NCBI GenBank assembly: GCA_000934665.2
Contig: KZ538614.1
Location: 1-59,301, forward strand
Source of the DNA: Catajapyx aquilonaris
Lineage: Eukaryota
Length of the DNA: 59,301 nt
Direction: 5' to 3'
Shown: positions 12,953 to 25,596 of the stretch, one piece after another
Position numbering within the stretch: the first letter of the stretch is position 1
Layout of the letters: every line of letters begins with the position of its first letter
Notes under the pieces: generated by a model
Told to the model about the DNA's origin: nothing
Database searches by the model: none
What the model saw: only the letters and a program-made list of their open reading frames with translations
Position numbers and translations under genes: made by a program

Positions 12953-13239
12953 GTAGCCTGCTGTATTTTCTCTTCAAGTAGAAGTTCAAAATGATCTCCC
13001 CAACTTGTACTCAACTTACTGGCTGTAGCTGTACAGCATTCTCAATACTGACACGGTAGGCCTATAATCCATTGCTCAAAGAGATAGAAACATCGTTTAA
13101 TTGCAATATCATCTTCGCCTTTTAGAACGATATAGTACCGGTTCATGTTATGTAAGATTACAATATTCAGGGTGTTTCATATGGAGTATATCATGCCGCA
13201 TTGGAAGTTACATTTTTTCCGTCCCTGGAGTGACCCTAG

Positions 13240-13366
13240 TGCCTGGTTGCACCAACAAAATTACCGGTCCGATAGCTCCTAACGGACCGATAGCACATGT
13301 TAAAAGGTCTACCTATCTGTCCATTAGGAGCTATCGGACTGGTAATTTTGTTGGTAAAACCAGGCA
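13240..13366. mobile_element. Foldback MITE, PIF/Harbinger-like
   Basis: TGCCTGGTTGCACCAACAAAATTACCGGTCCGATAGCTCCTAA ... TTAGGAGCTATCGGACTGGTAATTTTGTTGGTAAAACCAGGCA, flanked by TAG and TAA. Confidence 0.8.
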
Positions 13367-14161
13367 TAAGCAATCTTTTTCTTATAGCCTAATACTTGTA
13401 GGGGGTGTTGTAAAACTAAAAATGTGTTGGCCTCTGTAAATTGTTTGGGCGGAGTCACATACTGACCGTGTGTGAATTAGACAGGGCTGATATATCAATT
13501 GGCTCGTGCAAGGTTTTATTTGATGTGCAGTACTATTGCATATACCGGCCATCAGGCAACGTTGGTCCATTCAGCCTTACACCTTTTTTTCATGGCGAGA
13601 TTATTGACTTTTTCGGGGCAACCCATTTGAACCAGCTTTGGTTTGTTTTAAGCACACAAAAGGCTACTTTTTATGTGATGAGCGCCTATAGCATGCAATA
13701 GTTCATACATGAGCACCAATTTTTGTTCCTCATATACAGTACATGTTTTGCCACGAGATTGTTCTGGTGGTGTGTCCGTGTATCACTGAGTAAAAATTAA
13801 GGTAGCATTTGATATGATTCTATAGTATTCCTCTGTTTTACTCCATTTTGATGTTAACTCCCTGGTATGTACCGATATGAACAAAAAAGTAGGCGCATAG
13901 TGATTGAGGCATTTTCCAAAAGATTGTGAAATTGGAGAAACCTGTAAAGAAAAATATTGCTGATATCAATTTTGTCAGTAAGTACGGTTTCAACCTCTGG
14001 AGGACATAGCATCATAGCTATTCGTTTAATAACTTTCAATATTTACACACTGCAACTAACAATATAACTTTAGTGATCATGTCCCTTCTCTCGTTTCAAG
14101 AATATCTATCGTTTCTCTGCACCTATACTTATTGCTCATATCAGTAGGCCTACTTCATAAG

Positions 14162-14561
14162 ATGTGTCGCAAAAGACGGTCTTTCTCACCAGCAGAACGG
14201 AAATGAATCCACGGTACCTTCGGAGAAACCCGCCGAAGCGGAAAATCAGCTACCTCGGCACAAAACTCGTACTTATTCCGAGTTTTATGAGAAAATGGCT
14301 GCCTCCATGGGCGTGACTTGTCAAATGAGCGATGACTGCAGATGTGCCAATTGCCAGGTAAACTTCATTTCGCTCACTCTGCCAAACTCTTGAGCGGAAT
14401 AACATGTAATCAAATGTTATTGTTTGTGCCAGGGTGGTTATTTCGATTGCGAGATTGACTATGGTGGGAAGCGCGTTGATGGTGCCGATGGACTGTCTGG
14501 ATGCGAAGCCACACTTGTCAACACCATAGCCGAGCAGCATTCGTTCTGCTGCATCACCTGA
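14162..14561 (+). CDS. Last two exons of uncharacterised Cys-cluster CaaX protein 1 (tentatively DUF4802-like)
   Basis: Exon 14162 (or 14148)-14357 ends YSEFYEKMAASMGVTCQMSDDCRCANCQ|gtaaac; 75-nt intron; exon 14433-14561 reads GGYFDCEIDYGGKRVDGADGLSGCEATLVNTIAEQHSFCCIT*. The DUF4802 resemblance is from memory and was not searched. Confidence 0.75.
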
Positions 14562-17500
14562 ACTGGCACAGTACTGATATAAATGTTCTTTCTCACAAGA
14601 AAGCCTCTAACTTTTTTGCAGTAGTACTGGACGGCATTTTTTTCAAAATGCCCGTTTACATGATGTTGTGGCAAACTGCTTTCTTACATTTCACATTAAA
14701 AGGTAAGGATATATACAGCGATAATTATGATCGCAGGAATGATCCGTTGTGTGTAATACAGTGTCATGGACAAGCTCATGTGATGGCATCAATATAAGCC
14801 TAATATATTGGTGTTTTCAAAATTTCACATGAACTGGGGGCATACTCTGTAATGTGGTTCCTATCCAGATATTTTTCACGTATATAACATAGCTGTTAAG
14901 TGATTAAAGTGTGTCCGGTCTAAGAAATACCAGAATTTGATTTACCTACGTAGTTCGAGAAAGATGACTGCACCTTTATTGAATCAAAGAAGTGTGCCTG
15001 GTAAAATTGTATTCTGGGGATGTGTATAAGTAGGCTACTGTAGATTGAAGAGATGGGCATATAGTGCGTAAAATTTAAACAAAATGCCACTTTAATAATA
15101 TCATTTTGGGAAAAGATCCATGCCGTGTGTGGTACATGCGATTTTCACGTACTTAGAGTGTGTTGGGCGCAATTGTTACTCGGTCTACAACGATTCGAGG
15201 TTACAGATGTAGTACCGGTACAGTGTAATTGACAGGCTGACACCTTAAGTCGATATTAATTTGTACATGTACTGCACTTAAACATTACTGTCGATATGTT
15301 ACAGGAACTGAAAAAGGCCAGCTTGTGACAGTCACAGTATTGGCATCTTTGTTAGCCAGTCCCACTACTGATCTGGAATACTTTATTAGGTGATCGATTG
15401 AACATTTCGTATGCTGAGGAGGGTGTGACATGAAGTTTAATTAACTAGTTATTTAAAACTTCGTGTGGATGTCATTATTAAATAAGAGTAATACTGTGTT
15501 ATGCACAAACAGGTCTTCGTTCCCCCATATGGCTATTTCAATGAAATACCCACGAGTCCATTCTAAGTTATGTGTACTGCTGCAGTACATTTTTATTTAC
15601 ATTCATTGGATACAATGTTCAGACAACGTGCCTAATGTATGAAATTGCGCTTATCCCATATGTAGAGGTAATTACATAATAGTTGTATGCAAACGAATTT
15701 GCCTCTTATAGCGCGAGCATTTGTGGCTTAAACTGAAAATCAGCATTGCATACATGAAATATAAGAAGACTGCGACTTGTTAACTGTTCCACTTTCTTTG
15801 GAAATGCAAAACGGTCCATAACTGTTTAAACCTGTCTTACCTTCTACATGTCAGTATTTTCAACGATTTCTACGTAACATGCCAACTGTCAAAGTATTTC
15901 GGACCAGTGCAAAATGTTGTATACCTCTGTTGTGTAATAAAACATAGTACTTTACCCTCGGGTTTCTTTCCAAACATTAATTTGTCCATTATTATGAGCT
16001 TATATCTCTTATTAATAATAATTTCAGGCTTTCAGAAATAATTGCTAGATTTGTTACCCCCGTACCTATTTAATCCAGATCATTTTGCGCAAGCACCTGT
16101 TTTGTTTGATTTACAGCCTTAGTTGCCATAGGCTAGTGTAGTGGAGTCTTGCATAGACTATGACTATCGGCCAGAAGCGCGCTTAATATCCGAGCATCAC
16201 ATCGAATAACACGCCTTGTGTAACACCGATGCTTTAATATTTACAACTTCCGATTGAGAAAGTCTTTGGTCCAATATCCTCAGGCGTGTTTGCGCGCGTT
16301 GGATATTGGATAAAGGCGGGAGGGTGGGTGGGCGGAAGGTTAGAGGGGCATCGAGTAAATACACTCTGGGTAACGCGATCTTGTGAGGATATTTTATTTC
16401 AAGGGGAAGCGAAGGGCATGTGCTTTGGCTGTCATTATTGGCATCATCACTGGAACCAACTCGGAACTACAGACTACGCGTGACCTTGCAATCAGCGGTG
16501 ACATTATACGTTACCAATGGCACAGAACCTTTATTATGAGGGTGCCTTCTGCCATGCTGTCTCATTAGCTGCCCATTTCCGATCCCTGCAGAAAAGAAAA
16601 GGCCTTTTTATGCAGGTTATATGACATCGACAGATAGACAGCAGTACCGGTACAGTATTTCCTCTAGTATCCGCGGGTGATTATACAGTAGTTCCAAGCC
16701 CCGCGGATAATACCTAACTCTGTAAACTTTTATTAACACACATCCATATCTATGACAGTTTAATTTGAAAATAATACACATTAAGATATCAAATAAACAA
16801 TTAACAATAAAATTGATTAATAGTAATAATACAGCCGGTACTGTAATAAAAATACGTGTTGTATGCTTTAAATTTCATATTTTTATTATGTACTAATATT
16901 TTTAAACCGGTGATACAGGATGAATACTATAGGTCTATACTATGGTATACTGCACAAGCTACTTGATGTTTAACTCTATATCATTCACTAGTCCACGAGA
17001 AAACGCAGTAACTTTGTTGACACACTCTGGTTAGTAAACTTTGATCTTGCTCTGACTGCTTCGTATGAGTTGCTAAAGGGCTGGAGGAGAGTGCGTCACG
17101 ATCGATTTTACAGGCGCTTTTTATAGTACTTGTTGGGATGAGGTGAGGAATCTGTGGGGGCAGCTACTGCTGAAGACGACAGGTGTTGAGTTTGCTCCTT
17201 TGCTGCAATAGTATATTTTTGGGATGCAGTATAAGTGAATCCTTGCATAACATATATGGATAGCATCATCAGCATGTATATACAAAAAGATGATGCGATT
17301 TCGCTTCAGTTCAAAATCTTCTCAGGTTTTTTTGTTTGTCCAACAGCACAGATGCTCATCGTTTCTGTCACGTTTAAAGCGAAAGAAAGTTCATAATGAG
17401 AAAGCACACTCATGTACACGTAGCTTTTAGTTCCTCTATCCTGGTCAGAACATAATCATAAGTTACTTATCGAATCCAATAGCCTGATAGCCATGTGAAA

Positions 17501-17660
17501 TAGGCGAAATTAGACCGAACGTAACATTTGATCAGTTTTGCGTGAACTTATGCAAAATTAACCGTTATGAAAACCTGCAAGACAATTTTGACAACTTCAA
17601 AGTGACAGTGTATTGTTGCTCTACCCCGAGTCGGTCCTCTCAAGTATAAGTATTCCCTCC

Positions 17661-17958
17661 CCACACGCACACAGGCGCGCATTCCTATCCTTGTGAGGTT
17701 TTTCCAAAATTTATAATTTAAAACTAACCTAACCTAACCTACAAGGAAACACACGAAATTTTGGTGAAATATATTTTTACTGTCTTTATGAGGTATTGTT
17801 TCGATTTTACCCTATCCTTGTGAGGCGTGTGTTCACTATGAGGTGCAGGAAAACTACCTCGTAATGACAAAATTCCTCACAAGGATAGGAAAAACGCGTA
17901 AAAATTCCCTCACAAGGATAGCAATACGCGCCCACAGGCACCCACACACACCTCACAC
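17661..17958. mobile_element. Second copy of the (CA)n-flanked element, with (CTAAC)3
   Basis: GCGCGCATTCCTATCCTTGTGAGG ... CCTCACAAGGATAGCAATACGCGC; CA-rich flanks; colinear with 10229-10571. Confidence 0.75.
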
Positions 17959-18357
17959 TCCGCTTCTTATCGATCAATATCCAGTCTACAGCTCTTCAGT
18001 TACAACAATCTTGGAACTACCTGCGCCCCTCGGCCAACTTTACGGGTAAGCCACTTGAACTTCAGCCAAACCATTTTCGCTCCAGGTATTCCCCAGGCTA
18101 TTAACCTCCCACGAAATCCTTACATGACTGGACAACTCAACGTACTCAACCACCGATGATTCTGTTAGTGTATCATCTTCAATTGAGCAGTAGACAACCT
18201 GTGATTTTATATTTTCATTCTGTAAGGTGTGGGTGGTGGAAGGGAACAGAAGAGATGGGTGCTATATGGAAGTCAGGGGGGGGGGGGGGGAAANGGGAAC
18301 GTAGGCGGTGTAAAAGGCCAATGCGCCGGCGTTGGATTTTGGACACGAGATGCCAGG

Positions 18358-18363
18358 TCAGTT
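18358..18363 (+). promoter_or_regulatory. Candidate arthropod Initiator (TCAGTT) for CaaX gene 2
   Basis: TCAGTT about 70 nt upstream of ATG 18429, which sits in a good context (CAAGATGG). Confidence 0.4.
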
Positions 18364-18428
18364 GAGCAGAGTGCTGGGCCACTAAGCTAACTATAACTAC
18401 ACACATCTCCCCTGACTGGAACACCAAG

Positions 18429-21129
18429 ATGGCGTCTGGGGAGGTCAAGACATGTCTATGCGGGCAGCTGGCTGCGGAGAAGGGCAAGAGGTTTCTGGGA
18501 CCACGATGTCGTGTATGCCGTACCAAGCCCAAGTTTCTGCCCAGTCAGCGTTCGCTGGATGCTGCATCGGAGGCGGGGATCAGCGGCCGTGTCGAGGATG
18601 GTACCTCGGAGGATGGGACAAGAAGACGGGGGTTGCCGCGAAGATCCAGGAGTGCCGATAGGTGTGATGGACTTAGGATTGACAGTGAGTCACGGGGTCA
18701 GATCAATTGACACCTATTGCGGTTGTTTATTGATATCAACAGCGTAAGGAGCTAATTGGGTGCACACTGCCGTATTCGGATTGTGGTTAGTTCTGCGGGG
18801 AGGATTTAAAAGTAGCTGCTGATCAAAATCAATAAGTAGGTCAGTGTGTCAGCAGTTACACTTTTAGCATTTGCTATTTTTATAGCGGCGTGTTAGAAGC
18901 CGCAGTGTTACTTACGTGAGATTTTATTATGGGGCTAGAGTTCATAATCAAGTGGTAGGCGAGTAGTCCTGTAGACTAAGAGAATAGGTACTGTACCGTG
19001 TTTATGCAGAAGAGTACTGTACATCAGTCATCGGGTATTATCATTACGACTCTATTTCTTGACCATTTGGGGGTTTTAAAGGTGGGAGTACTTATATTAA
19101 ATCTTACAAGATATAGAATTTAATTTAAAAAAAAGATAATACCTGCTTATACTGTAGATATAGCTAAATTCCCAGAGATAGATTAGCTGAAGAGGCATTC
19201 TGTAAATCGACAACGTCGTAGATTTATTCACAGTTTCCCCGGTAAAAATTCATGTTTCAATCACTGATATGGATCCCTGATAATTAGCAGGAAAAAAACA
19301 CGAATTTAATTATATTCCAACAAAGGTATTTATAAGCCTCTAAAAAGCCGAAAAATGTACGAGAATATTTGAAAGAGCGAAACAGGAAAATCAGGTCCCA
19401 AAGATTGAAGTACCCGCTGGTATACATCTTAAGACTCTCTTAACCCCTTCGCTACCAGCTAGGACAAAAACGCCTAGTTTTCCGCTTACACATACTCTGA
19501 AGATAAAGACAATATGTTTTACAAATAATAACAGCTATATTTAGCCATTCATGGAAAACACTATGAATGTGTTGCGAACAATTTTACTCCTCCAGAAGTC
19601 CGTAAGTTAATTTCCAAAAAGACCGCCTTAAAAACTCGCAATTCGAGTACTATAGTCTACCGGCCAATAAAATCTCTTGGTCGATCTCATCCTGTCGCAT
19701 ATGCAACCAAGGCACCTCTGTTGTCACGTGGAACGCCGTAAATTACAGGGGCAATGGTTGGACCGGTCGGTCGTTGGACCACCTGCAGTTTTGATACAGG
19801 TAGGACTGCCAGTTTTAATCGTTATGCCTCTTGCACCGGAATAGACAATCGGGTACTGCCGCCACAATGCCTAAAATGACTTCATATAACAATGAATCCA
19901 ATAGGTAAAGGCTACTTATGTCAGTATCCAAGTTCCATTAGGCCTATACTGATGGACATGAGGACTGTACTGTATCTACCGAGAGCTCCAATTTTCGAGT
20001 AGAGTAAACAATGTAACATTGGGACACTTTCAAATAAATAGCAAGTAAAGATAAATATTATGCAACTGTAAAAAGTGCAATGATAAGATCAGTTCACGCA
20101 ATCTTTCAACATTAACTGATGGGTTTGCAATCTTTGATTAAGCTATGGAATGAGAAAATGAAGCAATAAAAACTTAACGTTTTTGGCCTTCCATCCTCTA
20201 ATTATGTGATATAACTTAATTCATACGATAACTGTACCATCTACCATTATGTTAATGTAATGTTCTTTGGATTAGTTCATGGCGTTATTAAGGAAGGGGG
20301 GGGGGGGGCTGACAAGCCTGGTCATACGGTACTAGTCGAAAGCTCTCTTGCTTAAATTATCATACGGGAAACCTCGCGTGAAACCCTCCTGGTCACAATA
20401 CCCAAATCATCTTAATGGCTGCTACCAGAATTTATGTTGGCTGATCAGTTTACATCACATGATCAACAAGTTAGCCAGTAATGCATTTGGAGCAAGAATG
20501 CCTTCGATAAATAACTTTCTTTATTTTTTGAGGATCGGCTTTCGAGCCCCTTCCGGTCCTTCGCGTGGACCTTCCTCCAGAAGGACCTGGTGCTGCATCT
20601 TGCGCCGCCCATTCATCGTTAGCAAACAGAAAGGCCTCAACACCGCCACCAACCTATGAAGCTGCCGTCGATCCTGTGTGTAACACAACAAAATCAACCT
20701 TCCAGGTTTGGGATCAACTTAATTAATGAGCTTTTTATGCAGGTACCACCTAGTTACGAAGACGCTATGTCGGGACTCTTACGTGAACCCGGAGAGCGAT
20801 CAGTAACAACGCAGCAGCAACATGAGCCAGAGGAAGTGGCTCCACCCCCTCAGTATTGCACCTGCCCTACCTGTGAACAAGTGAGTACTTCTTCAGTTTA
20901 GGATTTAAATCCACAGAGAATCCTGTATAGTGTATAGCATTCGAAGTTTACAACATACGGATATCTCACACTGTACCACATAATTATGTGATTTCAGATC
21001 CGTTACGAGTGTGAGAGAGAAGCCCAGGAGCAAGAGAATGCCCTGAATGACCTGGTGTTGCCCATGGAGACCCAAGCCATCATGTATGAAGTCTTATCGG
21101 ATGGCATGGCCTTCTGCAGCCTGCAGTGA
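18429..21129 (+). CDS. Uncharacterised protein of about 222 aa: N-terminal CxC...CxxC, three PPxY motifs, CxCxxC cluster, C-terminal CaaX (CSLQ)
   Basis: Exons 18429-18684 (GAC A|gtgagt), 20533-20675 (alternative donor 20705), 20743-20880 (|gtgagt) and 20998-21129. Phases 1,0,0 join into one open frame: MASGEVKTCLCGQ...CRVC...PPPTYEAAV..VPPSYEDAM...PPPQYCTCPTCEQ|IRYECE...DGMAFCSLQ*. Confidence 0.8.
19444..19665 (+). mobile_element. One-armed copy of the palindromic piggyBac-like MITE
   Basis: TTAA-CCCCTTCGCTACCAGCTAGG... closely matches the left arm of 21801-22562. Confidence 0.8.
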
Positions 21130-21800
21130 GCCGCTGGTTCGGAATCTCACCTGCCGCTTTTTCTATATAACTATCTAAATGTGCGTGAGGGATTCCCCGT
21201 TTCACATTATACCAGTACATGGCCTTGGCCTGGGGATGTGTCGTACTATATGTACCATACTATACATGCAGCGCCGGATTCCCCCCCCCCTCCCCCCGGC
21301 CGCCCTTAAGCACTTGAGATACGCCCCCCGCATGACGCTCAAAAATTCGCATTTTCCTCCTTCATTCCTGCTTCATTTAATGTTATTTTATTTTAAAAAT
21401 ACAGTATTATATTGTAAGAAAGTTATGGCCCACCTTCGGCAATTACCTTTTCTGCATGTAGTGGTACATCAAGCTCTCAAAATATATTGTGATTTTCTTT
21501 GTGATCTCGCCCTCATTTCCTATTATTGTATTTGAGAAATATTATTTATTGCAACTCCTGGCCGCCCCTAGGCCAGTGCCTATACTGTGCCTAATGGGAA
21601 ATCTGGCGCTGCATACATGTTCTGTTGTGTAGAGGCGTCCTTTTGTTTTCAGGGACCTCCCCTCATTTTTGTATAGGGCGCTCCAGAAGTAATCAGGAAC
21701 TGCGGTTATTATGCACCATTTCCAGGGTGTGCTATTTAAAATCACAGTAAAACAAAAGCGCACGGTGCCGGACAACGCACGGGTACCTATACGCTCTTAA

Positions 21801-22562
21801 CCCCTTCGCTACCAGCTAGGCCAAAAACGCCTAGATTTTAGCCTACGCCTACCTTGACAATAAAGACCAGATATTTTACAAATTATAACAGCTATATATT
21901 GACCCTTTCATGCATGGAAAACACTATGAATGTGTTGCGAACAATTGTATTCCTCTAGAAGTCCCTAAATTAATTTCCAAAAAAGACCGCCTTAAAAACT
22001 CGAAATTAGAGTAGGGTAGTACCGACCAACTGTCAGGCTGATTTAATTGTGAAATACTCTGAAATATACGGAAAAACAACCTCGACTACCGTGCCAAACG
22101 AATTTGCTGAAATCGTCGTTCTTTGCGAGAAATAAATTAATGCTTATTTGCGGCTTGCTGACACTTCAATTTGAAAATTTTCCGAAGTGTCAAAAAGCCT
22201 CAAATAAATATTAATTGATTCATCGCAAAGTACGACGATTTCAGCAAATTCTTCTGGTGCGCTTCTCAACTTGTTGTTACATATATTTTAGCGTATTTCA
22301 TAATTAAACCAGCCTAACAGTTGGCCGGCAGTACTCTCATTTCGAGTTTTTAAGGCGGTCTTTTTTGGAAATTAATTTAGGGACATCTAGAGGAGTAAAA
22401 TTGTTCGAAACACGTTCATAGTGTTTTCCCAGTGTTTTCCATGAATGGGTAAATATACGGTAGCTGTTATTATTTGTAAAATATCTTGTCCGTATCTTCA
22501 GAGTAGGCCTAGGCGTAAGTGAATATCTGGGCGTTTTCGGCCTATAGCTGGTAGCTAAGGGG
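21801..22562. mobile_element. Almost fully palindromic piggyBac-like MITE (762 bp)
   Basis: TTAA-CCCCTTCGCTACCAGCTAGG ... AGCTGGTAGCTAAGGGG-TTAA; the arms are complementary up to the centre at about 22175. Confidence 0.9.
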
Positions 22563-24933
22563 TTAATCGTGATCTAATGTAGTTTAAATTTAAAATTACG
22601 TCTGTCAGGTCTGATGAGATCTGTAATATGCAACTGTAGCTGTACAGGGCACCCTACACTTTTCCCTGCTTCCTGTTGGTTACTACATTGGAGTGCTTAT
22701 AACCGATACAAGCTTATCTTGTGCGAGTCAAACGTTCTAATCCGGGTAATGAGAGCAATGTATCGCATGTTATGCAGTAGAGGAGCACACGCCTGTAGCG
22801 ATTGTGATGAATCCGGGTCGGCCTTGCTCTCTTCCGAGTGGCACATAACATAAATGCAGGTTTTCGCATTATTTCACAATGGTCGTGACATAACCTGCAC
22901 TTATGATTATTTTTTTGTGAAAGAGGGTTGGATAGGTGCGAGAAAGTAGAAAAATCCGGTTTTACAACATGAAACAGTCAGAATTGTCACTCGTCATGGC
23001 CCGAGAAAACTCGTAATAGTAGACCGTAAAGGAACAAATAAGTGGCATAACACAATGGCTGTAATCCTACTAAAATCAAACTTGACCAGAAATCAATGGG
23101 CTTGAGAAGTGAACTAAAAAATACTGCGTATGTTAACTTCAAGAATTAACGAGTATTTTTGCGGTATATCTTGAAAATGGACGATAAAAACCAACTGATT
23201 GATGCAATATTATAATTTTCTTTGAATTAGCATACGTTTATTCTTGATATGTTTCTATGCCACGTTCTTTGGAAATTTCTATTCTTTCTCTGACTATACT
23301 GCTTGCACTGGTCACGTTCAGGATGCGGAAATACTACCATGATTTTCTATCACAATAATTTTACTTGTGTCGTGAAACCGACGAACTGTTAGTTAGGCTA
23401 CTTGATCCATTTTGAATCTTCTCATGAACAATTCCGGGTACAATATAATGTGATTACTATTTCACATAATTGGCTAGCTTTGGTACTGGTATGACAGGAC
23501 GACAGGACATCATACCATTGTGGGCTCGTATTGTCATTAATTCATTAAATTATTTTTCTGTTAGAGGTAGTTATGTATAATTGTTTGATGTATAAGTCTT
23601 ATACCTACGGGATGCCAGACAAAAAAAGCCCCCATATTGACCTTCATCTTCTCGGTTCCTATGTATAGATAGTTTGGTTTCTAACCTGTCTAGCATTATG
23701 CACACAACAGAGATTGTTCTTAAATGACAAAAAAGTGATAAGCAATGGTGACCACATCTTGACTGAAAAACTCGTTTCCAAGTTTGAAGCGCAATGACTG
23801 ACAAACAATCAATAAAATAAACTAGTAAAGCTATTTAAAAGGAATGTTATTGTTGGTTTTTTGTGCGACATTGCAGCAGATAACTCTTGATGTGTACGCA
23901 ATTTCCCATTTCCATCATAACCATATCATAATCCTGATGAACGTCATTCTTACGCAATGAAGCCTGTTACTCACCGCCTTATCAAGAGATAGTGATGTTT
24001 GTTGACATTACATCATTACAGCCAAAGTTCATCGAAGGTACGTCTAGTTGTGTATCTAGGGATAACGCTCTGTAATATTACATCAGAATCATGCGCTGAA
24101 AGAGCCGCGTGATGCTTGACCAGCCTTGGGAATTTTTGTGGATATGTTGCCTAGCTTATGCAATATTAGTATATGTTGTGTTTCCGGGCTCCCTACTGAG
24201 TCGATAACCGGAATGGCGAAAGTTACTTTGAAGAGGACTATTATAGTTGCAGCTTTTTCTGTGCAAAAAAGTCATTAATTACGAGCCAAGTTACTCACGA
24301 TACTAACAATGAAGTTACAATGATTTCTAAGCTACATGGGCATGAAAATTTTGGAGCGACGTTAACTGATTAGTGATTACAGTATCAATTACTTCCTGCA
24401 AGTCTTTCTAAAATCATAATGAATGCAAAGACAACTGAGCACTGTAACAGTGAGTAAAACATCTAAAATAGGCATACAAAAAGCTACTATTAATTTTACA
24501 GAAAAACCTGTTGCGGAATCGCCGGAATCGCCTCATCCCGGCAAAAGAACGTTAGCAAGTAAGGTAGGTAATCTGTAAGACATATATAGTTTTCTTGGTC
24601 CACTAGGATTTTTGGTGAAAATGATGTTTCATAGCGTCTGCCAATAAAGTGAAAGCTCTATAACAGTAAAACAGTGTCCCTGAGGTGATAAACAGTGGTC
24701 ATAATGTTATAGGATTTGCCCATTTTTTAGTTTCAAATTGCCACGAAAGGCCCTCGAAGCCTCAATAATTTTTATAAATATTTTTATGTCATTGGTATAA
24801 TATATTTCGGGGGGGGGGGCTGCCTACGCCACTGACAAAGGGATAAACCATCAAGTTCATTAAAAATTAGTTGACTAGAACTATAGCAACCAACTCCGCA
24901 TAGTGGTTCGCAATTAATAGGAATATACACAAG

Positions 24934-25043
24934 GGGTGGAATTTTCGTCGTACTACTAGTTACTTTTAACTTAGCAGTACCAGTGTAATGCAATGGTACT
25001 GCTAAGTTAAAAGTTACTAGTAGTATACGACGAAATTCCACCC
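24934..25043. mobile_element. 110-bp hairpin MITE, PIF/Harbinger-like
   Basis: GGGTGGAATTTTCGTCGTAC-TACTAGT..TTAGCAGTACCA / TGGTACTGCTAA..ACTAGTAGTATACGACGAAATTCCACCC; AAG on both sides. Confidence 0.8.
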
Positions 25044-25136
25044 AAGTGTTCTAGAGAGAATGGGCTCTGTGATGAAAGCTAAGGCCACTTCTGACAGCAA
25101 CATAATTGATTTATTACATTTTAATTAATAATTGGT

Positions 25137-25404
25137 AACCGAAGCAGGTTCGTGTATAGGGGATAAAGGAACCCGCCTGCTAATCGGGAGGTCCTGGGTT
25201 CGAATCCCGGTGCCGGCGACCCTGGCCATGGTTTTCTGTGGTTTTCCATGGTCCCCTCCAGGACAATTACGGGGTCGTTTCCGTAAAAATAGGCAACAGC
25301 CGCTTCCTTCCCTATCCCTGGTCCCATCCAATGGTGGTAATCCACCCCCCTAAGGGAGCCAATGGCTCTAGCACGGGGTATGATAAAGAAATAATAAATA
25401 AATA
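25137..25404 (+). mobile_element. tRNA-derived SINE, family A
   Basis: B box GGTTCGAATCCC, A-rich tail, TSD AATAATTGGT (25127-25136 and 25405-25414); homologous to 2829-3138. Confidence 0.85.
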
Positions 25405-25582
25405 AATAATTGGTTCATTTTTTACGACTTAATTACTTATCGAGGGAACGCTGACTAATGCTTTGAACCAAAAACGACAAAAAAAACACCATGTTTCTAA
25501 GCCTGAAATACCATATTTTAAGTGACGCATCAAAAGAACAAGTGGTTAGAAACACCAGTTTTTAAAATTGCCACCGAAGTCA

Positions 25583-25596
25583 GTGCCATCTAGCGG
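25583..25596 (-). promoter_or_regulatory. Candidate CTCF site upstream of ABHD2
   Basis: Reverse complement CCGCTAGATGGCAC matches the CCxxxAGRKGGCRC CTCF core. Confidence 0.45.

Noticed and set aside
20348..20659. 103-aa ORF and AG|GT donor at 18661
   Set aside because: That join hits a stop at 20659; the GTGAGT donor at 18685 gives the open PY-motif frame.
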